IMG/VR virus record: IMGVR_UViG_3300034071_000801 | Coordinates: 1 to 64,000 of that record | From: a virus | Lineage: Duplodnaviria > Caudoviricetes | Strand: one strand, 5' to 3' | Length of the DNA: 64,000 nt | Part shown: one piece after another, positions 20,414-29,360 of the stretch | Position numbering within the stretch: the first letter of the stretch is position 1 | Layout: each line of letters opens with the position of its first letter | Program-made: the position numbers and the translations under genes | Notes under the pieces: model-generated | What the model was told of the DNA's origin: nothing | The model's input: the letters and a program-made list of their open reading frames with translations, nothing else | The model's database searches: none

Positions 20414-20866
20414 ATGGCTAGAAGTAACAATAATAATAAGCTTAAAGCTTATGTACGTTTTGATGGTTCAGGACGTGTAGTATCAAGTAGTTTAATTGTA
20501 CAAGCATTTAAACCGAAGGTAGGTAAATGGAAAGAAATAGATGCTAAAGAGTGTTGTAATTATAGTACCACAACTACTACTACTACAACATTAGAGTTTT
20601 TAACACTTTACTGGATAGAGACAGCTGGTCATAGTTTTCCAGGTGATGCATGTGCAGGTATAGAATTTGCAGAAGTTACAGCAGTTTATGCAAGTTCAAA
20701 CACATTAGGTATTACAACATTCTATCTTGATGCTGAAGGAACTATACCATTTGTTGGAGATGGAATGATATTTTATGCATTTTATAAAAATTTAGAAGAA
20801 GCTACAACATACTATTGTGACTTAGATGCAATTTCAGGTGAAGTATTTAATATAACTCCTTGTTAA
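20414..20866 (+). CDS. Paralogue of 20226 with a Ser-Thr8 linker and an extra C-terminal domain
   Basis: LKAYVRFDGSGRVV..KPKVGKWKEI..ECCNY followed by poly-Thr. Confidence 0.75.
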   Translation: MARSNNNNKLKAYVRFDGSGRVVSSSLIVQAFKPKVGKWKEIDAKECCNYSTTTTTTTTLEFLTLYWIETAGHSFPGDACAGIEFAEVTAVYASSNTLGITTFYLDAEGTIPFVGDGMIFYAFYKNLEEATTYYCDLDAISGEVFNITPC

Positions 20867-20888
20867 TAATAAATAAAAACTAAATAAT

Positions 20889-21314
20889 ATGGCACTAAAA
20901 TCCCTATTTCCAGATGAAATGATGGAATCGAAAGGAAGTTCTAGTTTAACACTAGAAACAATAGCTGGTAAACTTTCATACTTCCATGAAGAACTACACT
21001 TATTACATTTTCAAACTACATCATTTGCTGAACATTCAGCTTTAGGAACCATTTATGATAAAGTGGCAGACTTACAAGATGAAATTGTAGAGAAAATTAT
21101 GGGATATACAGGAAAAAGAGTTAAAGCATACAAAATTGATGCTTTAAAAGATTACACTTCTGGTATGCCTAATCAAGTGGTAAGAGAGTTAGTAACATTT
21201 GCTAAACAATTACAAGAGTTTGGTGAAGCTAACAATATGCCAGACATTGAGAATATTGCTCAATCTTTAAGTGGTGAAGCAGCTCAAACATTATACAGAT
21301 TAACATTGTCATAA
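20889..21314 (+). CDS. Ferritin/Dps-like protein (DUF5856-like)
   Basis: HLLHFQTTSFAEHSALG..YD..DEIVE..G and C-terminal LYRLTL. Confidence 0.75.
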   Translation: MALKSLFPDEMMESKGSSSLTLETIAGKLSYFHEELHLLHFQTTSFAEHSALGTIYDKVADLQDEIVEKIMGYTGKRVKAYKIDALKDYTSGMPNQVVRELVTFAKQLQEFGEANNMPDIENIAQSLSGEAAQTLYRLTLS

Positions 21315-21601
21315 TGGAAATAAATAGAAAACACTTTCCTAAATTGATGCAAGATAATGATGAAACATTTCTTGCACATTTGGAGGGTGTAATTTCTTCT
21401 GTAGATGAATTATGTAGCTTAGAGATAACAAAGAGTTTAGAATCATATAGATTCAGAATAGCTTGTAGTCTTCCTAAGTATAACAATATGGTTATAGAAG
21501 AAATACTTAAGTTTTGTAATATGTTCAAAATAAGAGTGGATATGAGTAAGAGTATCAAAACATCTAGTGTAATTACATTTGAAATAGATTTGGATGTGTA
21601 A
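21314..21601 (+). CDS. Hypothetical protein
   Basis: 95-aa ORF, translationally coupled to the previous gene. Confidence 0.7.
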   Translation: MEINRKHFPKLMQDNDETFLAHLEGVISSVDELCSLEITKSLESYRFRIACSLPKYNNMVIEEILKFCNMFKIRVDMSKSIKTSSVITFEIDLDV

Positions 21602-21620
21602 CATATTTATTATACATTTG
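21589..21620 (+). promoter_or_regulatory. Promoter TTTG-N20-TACATTTG
   Basis: Full match to the Bacteroidota sigma-A consensus. Confidence 0.7.
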
Positions 21621-21649
21621 TTACATAAATCAATTAAATAATTTACATT

Positions 21650-21892
21650 ATGGCACAGTATGATCCTGCTAAAAGGTACACATGGACTCCTGAAGACACA
21701 TTTGAAATTTCAGGACAAGATTTCGGTCTAATTCTTAACACAGTTAGAGCTTATTTATCATCTGAAGAAGCAGCACGCTTTCAATTGATGATGAAAGCTA
21801 ATGAAGTGATTGAGAAATTAATGATAGCTGGTGTTGAAGCTGATATCATCAAAGAAGTAGAAGCTCCAGTAGAAGCTACGATAATAGAATAA
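21650..21892 (+). CDS. Hypothetical protein
   Basis: 80-aa ORF after the promoter. Confidence 0.7.
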   Translation: MAQYDPAKRYTWTPEDTFEISGQDFGLILNTVRAYLSSEEAARFQLMMKANEVIEKLMIAGVEADIIKEVEAPVEATIIE

Positions 21893-21948
21893 TTAACATA
21901 CCTGTTGGGTGACGAAAAACAGGTGTTCTCGAACAAAAGCACTTCTCT

Positions 21949-22152
21949 ATGAGAATATACGAACCAAAGAATAGAATAGATGTTATAACGCCAAAGGGAG
22001 ATGGCTCAATCATGTTTATTACCGATTATGGTCATGAGACAGACACCATCTATACAATAATAATTAATGAAACTGGAGAATTATGGCAATATACCCATAA
22101 GGATCTTATTATTAAACCTAATATAACATTTAAACGCTATGGCAAAGATTAA
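21949..22152 (+). CDS. Hypothetical protein
   Basis: 67-aa ORF in the operon. Confidence 0.6.
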   Translation: MRIYEPKNRIDVITPKGDGSIMFITDYGHETDTIYTIIINETGELWQYTHKDLIIKPNITFKRYGKD

Positions 22153-22678
22153 AAAAGCACAGAACGGTAAGAAAACTGATGCAAACACTACAATTCAAAA
22201 AGGTAAATTAGACGCTAAGTATAATAAAATTTATCGTACTATGCAAAATGATTCAATAAAAGAATCTAACGAAGTTGTTGTACCTGCTGTATACAATAAG
22301 TTTAGAAGAGACACTGGTAAATCTCCTAGTGCAGAAAATTTACGTTCTGAGACAAATAGAATTAATAAACTTGTAGTTAAAGATTCAAAAGCAAATAAAG
22401 GAAATACCAAGTTAGATGCTAGAGGAAGAACTGAGAATGCAATGAATAGATATAAAAAAGGTGGTCCTGTTAAAAAGACTATGAGAAATGGTGGAAGTCT
22501 AACTGGACTTAAAGCATCAAACAAAAGAGTTGGTCCTGTAGATCCTAATGGAGCATTCACAAAGGTACAAAAGAAAACATTAGCTGGTGCTAAAGGAAAA
22601 GCTTCTCTTACCAAAGATAAACAACTTGGAGCTACAAAGATGACAGCTAAGTGTGGAGCTAAAATGTCTAAGAAATAA
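22139..22678 (+). CDS. Lys-rich protein with AQxG/xxGG motifs
   Basis: KKAQNG, YKKGG, MRNGG, AKCGA. Confidence 0.75.
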   Translation: MAKIKKAQNGKKTDANTTIQKGKLDAKYNKIYRTMQNDSIKESNEVVVPAVYNKFRRDTGKSPSAENLRSETNRINKLVVKDSKANKGNTKLDARGRTENAMNRYKKGGPVKKTMRNGGSLTGLKASNKRVGPVDPNGAFTKVQKKTLAGAKGKASLTKDKQLGATKMTAKCGAKMSKK

Positions 22679-23145
22679 TGGCTACTATCAAGAAACCTAT
22701 CAAGAAAGCTCAAGTAGGTGTAAAAGTAGATAAAACTTCTGTTGCAAAACCTAAAGTTAGAGGTACTATTAAAAATGAACCTACTTATAATAGAATGTTA
22801 AGTTCTAATACTACTAAAAAAGATAGTATAGATTATAAAAAAGGATATGATTTTGGTAAAAAACAGCCTAAAAACAATCTTCAAGATTTAGTAGAAAGTC
22901 CTACATGGTCAGCAGGTAATGCTGAAGGTGCTACAGATAAACGTCCTACTAAGAAAATTTCAATGAAAACTGGAGGAACTGTAAAAGCTAAAGATGGTAA
23001 ATGGATGCAGAAAGTCTCTGCTTCTATCAAACGTAGAGGAACTGAAGGTAAATGTACACCAATCACTAAACCTGGTTGTACTGGTAAAGCTAAAGCTCTT
23101 GCTAAAACATTCAAGAAGATTGCTAAATCTAATAAGAAGAAATAA
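22678..23145 (+). CDS. Lys-rich protein with AQxG/xxGG motifs
   Basis: KKAQVG, MKTGG, AKDG; TAATG coupling. Confidence 0.75.
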   Translation: MATIKKPIKKAQVGVKVDKTSVAKPKVRGTIKNEPTYNRMLSSNTTKKDSIDYKKGYDFGKKQPKNNLQDLVESPTWSAGNAEGATDKRPTKKISMKTGGTVKAKDGKWMQKVSASIKRRGTEGKCTPITKPGCTGKAKALAKTFKKIAKSNKKK

Positions 23146-23714
23146 TGTCTAAGTTAAATCCTCAGAACGCTACAGCTTATGTAGGCCCTGGTGTATTACG
23201 TAAAGGTGGTAAGATAACACCTGTTCCTAATGGTCCTTTAATTAAGAAGAAAGGCCCCTTTAAAGGCAGCACATTGAAAGCTGGTGGTGTTATTAAAAAA
23301 GCCCAAATTGGTATTAAACTTACTCCTCAAGAAAAAAGAGCTAAGTTAGATTCTATCACTGCAATTAAACGTGCAGATATAACTAGAAAAAAAGATTCTA
23401 TACTTGATAGAAATGCAGCTGCTAGAGGGTTGACAAGAGAAGGTGTTAGATCTTTACAATCTAAACAAAAGAAAATGCCTGATCAAGGTCCTGGTGGTGG
23501 TGATAATTATTCTGGTTCTGGTGCTAAATCTCCTTGTAAAGGAGGATTTTGTACAGGATTGAATAAGTCTAAGAATGGATCAATGCTTAAACGTGCTGAT
23601 GGTAGTACATCTAAACGTGGATTATGGGATAACATAAGAGCTAATAAAGGATCTGGTAAGAAACCTACAGCAGCTATGTTAAAACAAGAACGTAAAATTA
23701 AAGCTAAGAAATAA
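23145..23714 (+). CDS. Lys-rich protein with AQxG/xxGG motifs
   Basis: LRKGG, LKAGG, KKAQIG; C-terminal RGLWDNIRA module. Confidence 0.75.
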   Translation: MSKLNPQNATAYVGPGVLRKGGKITPVPNGPLIKKKGPFKGSTLKAGGVIKKAQIGIKLTPQEKRAKLDSITAIKRADITRKKDSILDRNAAARGLTREGVRSLQSKQKKMPDQGPGGGDNYSGSGAKSPCKGGFCTGLNKSKNGSMLKRADGSTSKRGLWDNIRANKGSGKKPTAAMLKQERKIKAKK

Positions 23715-23983
23715 TGGCAACAGCAGCTTGGACTCGTAAAGAAGGAAAAGATCCAAAAGGAGGTCTTAATAGAAAAGGTGTAGCTTCATATAGAAAAGCT
23801 AATCCTGGAAGTAAATTAAAAATGGCTGTAACTACTAAACCTTCTAAGTTAAAACCTGGAAGTAAATCAGCTAATAGAAGAAAATCATTTTGTGCTAGAA
23901 TGTCAGGAGTGAAAGGTCCTGCTAAGAAACCAAATGGTGAACCTACAAGAAAAACTCTTGCTCTTCGCAAGTGGAACTGTTAA
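23714..23983 (+). CDS. Basic phage protein (DUF6321-like)
   Basis: AWTRKEGKDPKGGLNRKG..RRKSFCARM..LRKWNC. Confidence 0.7.
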   Translation: MATAAWTRKEGKDPKGGLNRKGVASYRKANPGSKLKMAVTTKPSKLKPGSKSANRRKSFCARMSGVKGPAKKPNGEPTRKTLALRKWNC

Positions 23984-24002
23984 CAACTAAAAATAATATA
24001 TA

Positions 24003-24359
24003 ATGGCAACAATAAAAAAAGCTCAAGCAGGAATCACTGCTAAAAAGCCTGTAGTTAAAGTGGTGGAAAAGAAAACCACTGTAAAAGTAACTCCTAAAAA
24101 AACATTCAAAACTAATCCAGATTCTGGAGGAGTTGCTCCTTTTGATAAAAACTCTCCAGTGTTACCACTTCCAGGAAGAGCTGCTAAAAACATGCCTAAA
24201 CAAAAGAATGGTGGTCCTGTAAAGAAAGCTAAAACTGGTGGCTCATTCCCTGATCTTAATAAAGATGGAAAGATTACTAAAGCTGACATCCTTAAAGGAC
24301 GTGGTGTAATAGCTAAGAAAGGTGCTAAAATAGCTAAGTGTAAGTATGGCTGCAAGTAA
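24003..24359 (+). CDS. Lys-rich protein with xxGG motifs and an EF-hand-like loop
   Basis: KKAQAG, QKNGG, AKTGG; DLNKDGKITKAD. Confidence 0.75.
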   Translation: MATIKKAQAGITAKKPVVKVVEKKTTVKVTPKKTFKTNPDSGGVAPFDKNSPVLPLPGRAAKNMPKQKNGGPVKKAKTGGSFPDLNKDGKITKADILKGRGVIAKKGAKIAKCKYGCK

Positions 24360-24522
24360 ATCTATGACAGCTGGTAAAGCTAAGAAATCTGGAGCACCAA
24401 GAAAAGCTCCAAAGGTGGCTCCTCCTAAACCCATCAATGGGAATTATATGAAGGAAGCTGATGTTATTAGAAACAGAAAAAGTGCTCAGCAACCAATGAA
24501 AGCTAAAAGATTAGCAAAATAA
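24346..24522 (+). CDS. Small basic protein (58 aa), not in the ORF track
   Basis: MAASKSMTAGKAKKSGAPRKAPKVAPPKP...KAKRLAK, ending at the terminator. Confidence 0.65.
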   Translation: MAASKSMTAGKAKKSGAPRKAPKVAPPKPINGNYMKEADVIRNRKSAQQPMKAKRLAK

Positions 24523-24550
24523 AAAAAGCCCTTGAAATAAGGGCTTTTTT
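24521..24550. terminator. Bidirectional intrinsic terminator at the convergence of the two gene blocks
   Basis: AAAAAAGCCCTT-GAAAT-AAGGGCTTTTTT. Confidence 0.85.
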
Positions 24551-24607
24551 ATTGTAACAATATTAACCAAACATTTATTTGTTTTTCACATTGCAAATAT
24601 ACAATAT

Positions 24608-25285
24608 TTATTTGATTTGACTATAATAATCATGTTTAAAATGTGGATGGAGAATAATTTCTCCTTTTGTATTATCTAACACTTTATCTGCATGATCTAA
24701 TATAACTTGATTAGGTTGTATCCCTAGTCCTGATATATGGAATGTTCCCATTCCCCATCTATATATCATTGTGTGTTTAAGCTTTGATTCATATATTGTA
24801 CCACCATGGTGGAATGTAATATCTGCATCTTCATCTCCACTCTTATCAGGAAACTTTATCCTACCTAAATAAGCTTTGGTATATATGTTTCCATTGTTTA
24901 TATTAGAGCTCTCTTTCTCGAATTTATTATTCATAAAGAAATACATTCCTTCACTTCTATAAATTTCAAATCCAGGATTAGCTAATATATCTACCTTTGC
25001 GTTATTAAGAGCCCAAGGTGTTAACAGATCATCATCATCTAATCTATAGATGTAATCATATTTACATTGTCTATATCCCCATTCAAGCTTAGCTGCTATA
25101 GATGGAAATCTTTCTTTATGATTAATAATTCTAACCCTGGGGTGATCATATATATAATCTACATCAGGGTTATCATTAATAATTACCATTTCACCTTCTG
25201 AAAGAAAAGATTGATTCAAAAATGATTGAATAGCTTCTTCTAGAAGGTGATGTCTTTTGTAAGTTATGGTAAGAACTGATATCAT
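24608..25285 (-). CDS. Family 2 glycosyltransferase
   Basis: ISVLTITYKRHHLLEEAIQSFLNQ..IIND..RLDDDD. Confidence 0.85.
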   Translation of the reverse strand: MISVLTITYKRHHLLEEAIQSFLNQSFLSEGEMVIINDNPDVDYIYDHPRVRIINHKERFPSIAAKLEWGYRQCKYDYIYRLDDDDLLTPWALNNAKVDILANPGFEIYRSEGMYFFMNNKFEKESSNINNGNIYTKAYLGRIKFPDKSGDEDADITFHHGGTIYESKLKHTMIYRWGMGTFHISGLGIQPNQVILDHADKVLDNTKGEIILHPHFKHDYYSQIK

Positions 25286-25576
25286 CTACCAGACTTGAAT
25301 AATGTCAAATGGAGAAACTAACAATACATCTTCTACATCTGATAAAGGAATGATTAGAGTTTTATCTCTAAGTGCAGATGGATCCACCAACACTTCAGCT
25401 CCTACTACTAAGTTAGGATTCATTATTGCATCTCCTACAGAGTGAATTTTTAATCTACTCATCTTTTTAAGTAGTTCTTTTTGTAAAGCTTCTTTTGTGT
25501 TATCATCTACTACAAGTTTGCTTTCTTCTTTCTTGGGCATTTCTAAATAAACGCGATTTCCTAATAATGTTGCCAT
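25286..25576 (-). CDS. GroES-like co-chaperonin
   Basis: LLGNRVYLE..SVGD..VGAEVLV..DIIQVW. Confidence 0.65.
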   Translation of the reverse strand: MATLLGNRVYLEMPKKEESKLVVDDNTKEALQKELLKKMSRLKIHSVGDAIMNPNLVVGAEVLVDPSALRDKTLIIPLSDVEDVLLVSPFDIIQVW

Positions 25577-25580
25577 GGTT

Positions 25581-25856
25581 TTATTTGTATTCTGTTAAGT
25601 TAAAAAATCTTGCTGCGTCTTCTACATTCAATAGAATTTCTGATTGAACTGTTTCTCTTACACTTTTGTATCCCTTCATCTTGTTAGTCTTGATGTCGAT
25701 ATCTGGTTGTTGTGTTACTCTCTCATTGAAATCATCTAGGATGACAATTAGAGATCCATCTTCATTAGTCAAGGTTCTGATAACCTTGTTAACATTTAAA
25801 GAAGCTTTAAACTCCTTGTCAGCTATTGTAGCTGTGTAAATAAATTGATTGTTCAT
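25581..25856 (-). CDS. Hypothetical protein
   Basis: 91-aa ORF in the operon. Confidence 0.7.
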   Translation of the reverse strand: MNNQFIYTATIADKEFKASLNVNKVIRTLTNEDGSLIVILDDFNERVTQQPDIDIKTNKMKGYKSVRETVQSEILLNVEDAARFFNLTEYK

Positions 25857-25874
25857 ATTGGTTGTTTTTAATTA

Positions 25875-26135
25875 TTAAATTTCTTTTGAGAATTTTAGAT
25901 CATTCAAGATATCTTCATACATCTTCAATGGCATATTACCAGATTGTCTATGTACTTCTTTACCATCTTTTAGAAACACCATTGTAGGAACACTTCTTAT
26001 TCCATACTTTCTAGCTGTTTCTTGATCTTTCTCTATGTCAATGTTTGTTATTCCATCAACATCTTTTAGTGTTTGAGCTAACACTCTACAAGGCCCACAC
26101 CATGTGGCACTAAATTTTAATACTTCTACGTTCAT
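25875..26135 (-). CDS. Thioredoxin
   Basis: FSATWCGPC and IRSVPT. Confidence 0.95.
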   Translation of the reverse strand: MNVEVLKFSATWCGPCRVLAQTLKDVDGITNIDIEKDQETARKYGIRSVPTMVFLKDGKEVHRQSGNMPLKMYEDILNDLKFSKEI

Positions 26136-26240
26136 TTTTTAAATTTAAAATATTTACTATGTTCTTTTTTTCTGGATTTGTATTTTATTACATTTCCTTT
26201 ACTATCTTTTGTAAATTGATCTATCACTTTATTGAGACCA

Positions 26241-26660
26241 TCAAAGTATAGAATACTTATTTTTGAGACTATCACGTCTTTTATTAACTTCATCATATCT
26301 ATACATATCATTTTCTACGTTAGAATGCTCTTCAAGTGTCAAAAGTATAATATTTTCTTCATCTAAACAAGCTTCAGGATATTTTTCTTTAGCTAGTATA
26401 TGGTGAAAATATGTACTCATAGGTTCAGATCCTAAATAGGTTCCACTCACTTCTGAATGGTGCTTTCTTTTCTTCCATATGTTAAGAAACATCTCTCTTT
26501 GTATGATATGTCCGTCATTATGGACATTTTTAGCCTTATTGCATGAAATACCAGACATTCTACTAGTTAAACCCCTACCAGATGATGGTAAGGGTTTTCT
26601 AGATTTATGTTGGAAACAATAATCGCTATCAGAGTTTTTTCCGCATTTTTTGCATTTCAT
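26241..26660 (-). CDS. HNH-like nuclease
   Basis: N-terminal CxxC..CxxH and FHHIL..YP....ENIILL..EEH. Confidence 0.55.
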   Translation of the reverse strand: MKCKKCGKNSDSDYCFQHKSRKPLPSSGRGLTSRMSGISCNKAKNVHNDGHIIQREMFLNIWKKRKHHSEVSGTYLGSEPMSTYFHHILAKEKYPEACLDEENIILLTLEEHSNVENDMYRYDEVNKRRDSLKNKYSIL

Positions 26661-26823
26661 CTAAAATTATTTTTTGTATTTTAGTAAATTCAGGATTTGA
26701 AATCTCTGTACAATGACAAAGTTTCACTGTAGCTGATGTATTAGAATTGTAAGGGGCAAATCTATACCCCCCACATTTCTTGCATATATCATTTATCGAT
26801 GTAAAGAATAGTTTATTTTCCAT
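26629..26823 (-). CDS. Small Cys-rich protein
   Basis: CKKC..LCHC; overlaps both neighbours. Confidence 0.5.
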   Translation of the reverse strand: MENKLFFTSINDICKKCGGYRFAPYNSNTSATVKLCHCTEISNPEFTKIQKIILDEMQKMRKKL

Positions 26824-27124
26824 CTTTTATAAATTGACCATCCACCATCTTACCTGTACGCTTAGAGATTACATTGTAAGCACTATTCAAACACTCTGTC
26901 AAGCTTAATCCTTGCATCTCTGCTTGTATAATGATTGTAACTAGTATATCACCCAGAGCATCAATTATCTCTTCTCTATCATCATTTTCGATAGCTTGGA
27001 TTAATTCATCTGTTTCTTCCCAAGTCTTCATTGATTGTGCTTTAGGAGTTCCATTCTGTAGAATACCTTTCTGTGTTGCCCATGCTATAACAAGAGCTTC
27101 TAATTCATAATAACCTTTTTTCAT
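26813..27124 (-). CDS. MazG-like NTP pyrophosphohydrolase
   Basis: EETDEL..DALGDILVT..AYNVISKRTGKMVDGQFIKD. Confidence 0.85.
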   Translation of the reverse strand: MKKGYYELEALVIAWATQKGILQNGTPKAQSMKTWEETDELIQAIENDDREEIIDALGDILVTIIIQAEMQGLSLTECLNSAYNVISKRTGKMVDGQFIKDGK

Positions 27125-27125
27125 A

Positions 27126-27551
27126 TTATATTATTTTTTGTTCTATTAATAATTGTTCTACTTTTTCCCAATCTACAAAAGGTCTATGTGATATACTTGT
27201 ATCATATTTTAATGGACACCCAAGAGCTGAATCATCTATCATTAAATCTGCATAACTTTTAGGACTTTCTGTCCAGTTATGTTGATCAGGATTAGATTGT
27301 ACTCCATGTAAAGGAATATCATTGTCTATGAACCATTGTATAGCATCATTTAGAAATGTGCCTTTTGTATCTGGTGTAATATGTTCTCCTATACTTTTAA
27401 AAGTAATTCTGTTACTTCTCATTGTAAAAAGAATTAAATGATGTCCAGCATGAACTAATTTCTTCAACACTGGTACAGCACCAATGCTCTTACCTATTTG
27501 TGGAAAATTATGTGTTACACAAGTTCCATCAAAATCTATGTTTATTGTCAT
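27126..27551 (-). CDS. HAD-family hydrolase
   Basis: IDFDGT, LFTMR and K.YADLMIDD. Confidence 0.8.
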   Translation of the reverse strand: MTINIDFDGTCVTHNFPQIGKSIGAVPVLKKLVHAGHHLILFTMRSNRITFKSIGEHITPDTKGTFLNDAIQWFIDNDIPLHGVQSNPDQHNWTESPKSYADLMIDDSALGCPLKYDTSISHRPFVDWEKVEQLLIEQKII

Positions 27552-27862
27552 AATCTGTCTTTTAAACTTGCTTCACATAGAATCAAATAGTTAATTAAAT
27601 CTCCTATTTTTTCATTAATGTGTTCTTCTTTAGGGATAAGTCCTTTTTCTACATCATTTAGTATATCCATGAAGGATACATAATGTTTAAGAGCAAATCC
27701 CCATAAAGCTTTTTCTCTAGTAGTGTTACCTAATGTAGCTGCTACATTGAAGTTATGAAGAGGATCACCACCTCTTCTATACTCCTTACCTTTTTCAATT
27801 AATGTTTGCTGTATCTTCTGCACACGCTGTTGCACTAAGATGTCGAAATCTTGTTCTGTCAT
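27548..27862 (-). CDS. All-alpha nucleotide pyrophosphatase-like (DUF1599-type) protein
   Basis: KGKEY..DPLHNF..KH..EKIGDLINYLIL. Confidence 0.6.
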   Translation of the reverse strand: MTEQDFDILVQQRVQKIQQTLIEKGKEYRRGGDPLHNFNVAATLGNTTREKALWGFALKHYVSFMDILNDVEKGLIPKEEHINEKIGDLINYLILCEASLKDRL

Positions 27863-27863
27863 T

Positions 27864-28940
27864 TTATAATTCTGTATTAAATAAGTTAACTTCTTCTTCT
27901 GAAACTACATCTTCTTCCACTTCTACTTCCTCTATAGGAAGATCAGTTTGATTGATTGCAGCTATAATCTTTTCTCTTAGCTCATCATAGAACTCTGGAT
28001 TATCTACTACTAACTGTTTGAATTCTTCTAAGTCATACTTAGTTCCATCTACAGTCATAGTTTTACCATACTTACGTCCTAGTTCAAACTCATTAAGAAG
28101 AGCCATCATCTCATCAAGTTTATCTATACCTTTACCATACACAATCTCAAATTCAGATTTTCTATATGGAGGAGACATTTTATTCTTGATAGCTTTTAGC
28201 TTGGTAATATTACCATAAGTTACATCACCTTCTTTAGCTAAGCTTCTAGACACTTCTATTCTTACATCACTGTAGAATTTAAGAGCATGACCACCTTGTG
28301 TAGTAGTAGGGTTACCAAACATAACACCAATCTTCTCTCTGTACTGACTAATCACTATTACACATACATTATGTTGTGATAGAGCACCTTTAAGCTTCGG
28401 ATAAGCATTACTATTCAATAAAGCTTTTCTACCGATTGTAGAGTCTCCTACATCACCATCAAGCATCTTCTTAGGTATAAGTGAGCTATCACTATCTATG
28501 ATGACAAGATCAATCTCTCCAGTGTTGATCATTTCCATTGCAATGTTGAATCCTTCCTCACCACAAGATGGTTGAGAGATTAACATCTTAGTTGTGTCTA
28601 CACCTAATTTCTTGAAATAGCTCTTATCAACAGCATGCTCACCATCGATATATAGAACAGTTCCACCTTTCTTCTGGCATTCAGCTGCAGCATGTCCACA
28701 TATTGTAGATTTACCTGTGCCCTCCCAGCCCATAAGTTCATAGAGTTTCCCCTTTACAAATCCTCCTACACCAAGAGTGATGTGATCAAAACCAATACTA
28801 CCTGTACTGATTACATCATAATCTCCTCCTGCTTTAGAATCTAACGCTAAAATTGAACCAACTCCATATTTTTTATTAAGGTTGTCCATTGCTTCTTGAA
28901 ACTTGTTATTAGTTTCTTTACTAACTGCTTTCTTTGCCAT
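27864..28940 (-). CDS. recA: RecA recombinase
   Basis: GWEGTGKST, YIDGEH, GGHALKFYSDVRIEV and KNKMSPPY. Confidence 0.95.
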   Translation of the reverse strand: MAKKAVSKETNNKFQEAMDNLNKKYGVGSILALDSKAGGDYDVISTGSIGFDHITLGVGGFVKGKLYELMGWEGTGKSTICGHAAAECQKKGGTVLYIDGEHAVDKSYFKKLGVDTTKMLISQPSCGEEGFNIAMEMINTGEIDLVIIDSDSSLIPKKMLDGDVGDSTIGRKALLNSNAYPKLKGALSQHNVCVIVISQYREKIGVMFGNPTTTQGGHALKFYSDVRIEVSRSLAKEGDVTYGNITKLKAIKNKMSPPYRKSEFEIVYGKGIDKLDEMMALLNEFELGRKYGKTMTVDGTKYDLEEFKQLVVDNPEFYDELREKIIAAINQTDLPIEEVEVEEDVVSEEEVNLFNTEL

Positions 28941-29125
28941 TATTTAATTGTTTTAATTGTTTAAAGTTAATGATTTTTTGTGTTTTTTCCAAGTAAAATG
29001 TCAGGTTTCTTCCATCATTTACCTGACTAATATGTTAGCTAATTGTATCATATATAACACATTATAGGTATTCTTGGTGAAAAATAGGTATTTCTAATCT
29101 GTTTTTGTGAAAAATGAGTTTAGTC

Positions 29126-29156
29126 AAAAAAACCCTATATTGCTATAGGGCTCTTT
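29126..29156 (-). terminator. Intrinsic terminator
   Basis: Minus strand reads CCCTATA-GCAA-TATAGGG-TTTTTTT. Confidence 0.75.
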
Positions 29157-29186
29157 CTTCACAATTAAAAAACAGAACAGAACTTT

Positions 29187-29360
29187 TTATTCACTTGTTC
29201 TAAGTGATGTATTTCCTTTTTCACTTTTATCATAAGGACAATGTCTACATGCATTACCACAACATTGTTTCTTAGTCTTTAATAGATACTCTTTAGTAAA
29301 ATGAATTCTTCCATCCTCTAAGTAATAATCTACTCCTTGAATAAATTCTTTTTCATTCAT
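29187..29360 (-). CDS. Small Cys-rich protein (DUF5522-like), not in the ORF track
   Basis: MNEKEFIQGVDYYLEDGRIHFTKEYLLKTKKQCCGNACRHCPY. Confidence 0.7.
   Translation of the reverse strand: MNEKEFIQGVDYYLEDGRIHFTKEYLLKTKKQCCGNACRHCPYDKSEKGNTSLRTSE

Noticed and set aside
22231-24437. Minus-strand hydrophobic ORFs (22231, 22881, 23704, 24023, 24243)
   Set aside because: Antisense shadows of Lys-rich plus-strand genes.
24594-24601. Minus-strand TATATTTG suggesting a small antisense RNA promoter
   Set aside because: No -33 element, and it points straight into the terminator; likely chance in AT-rich DNA.
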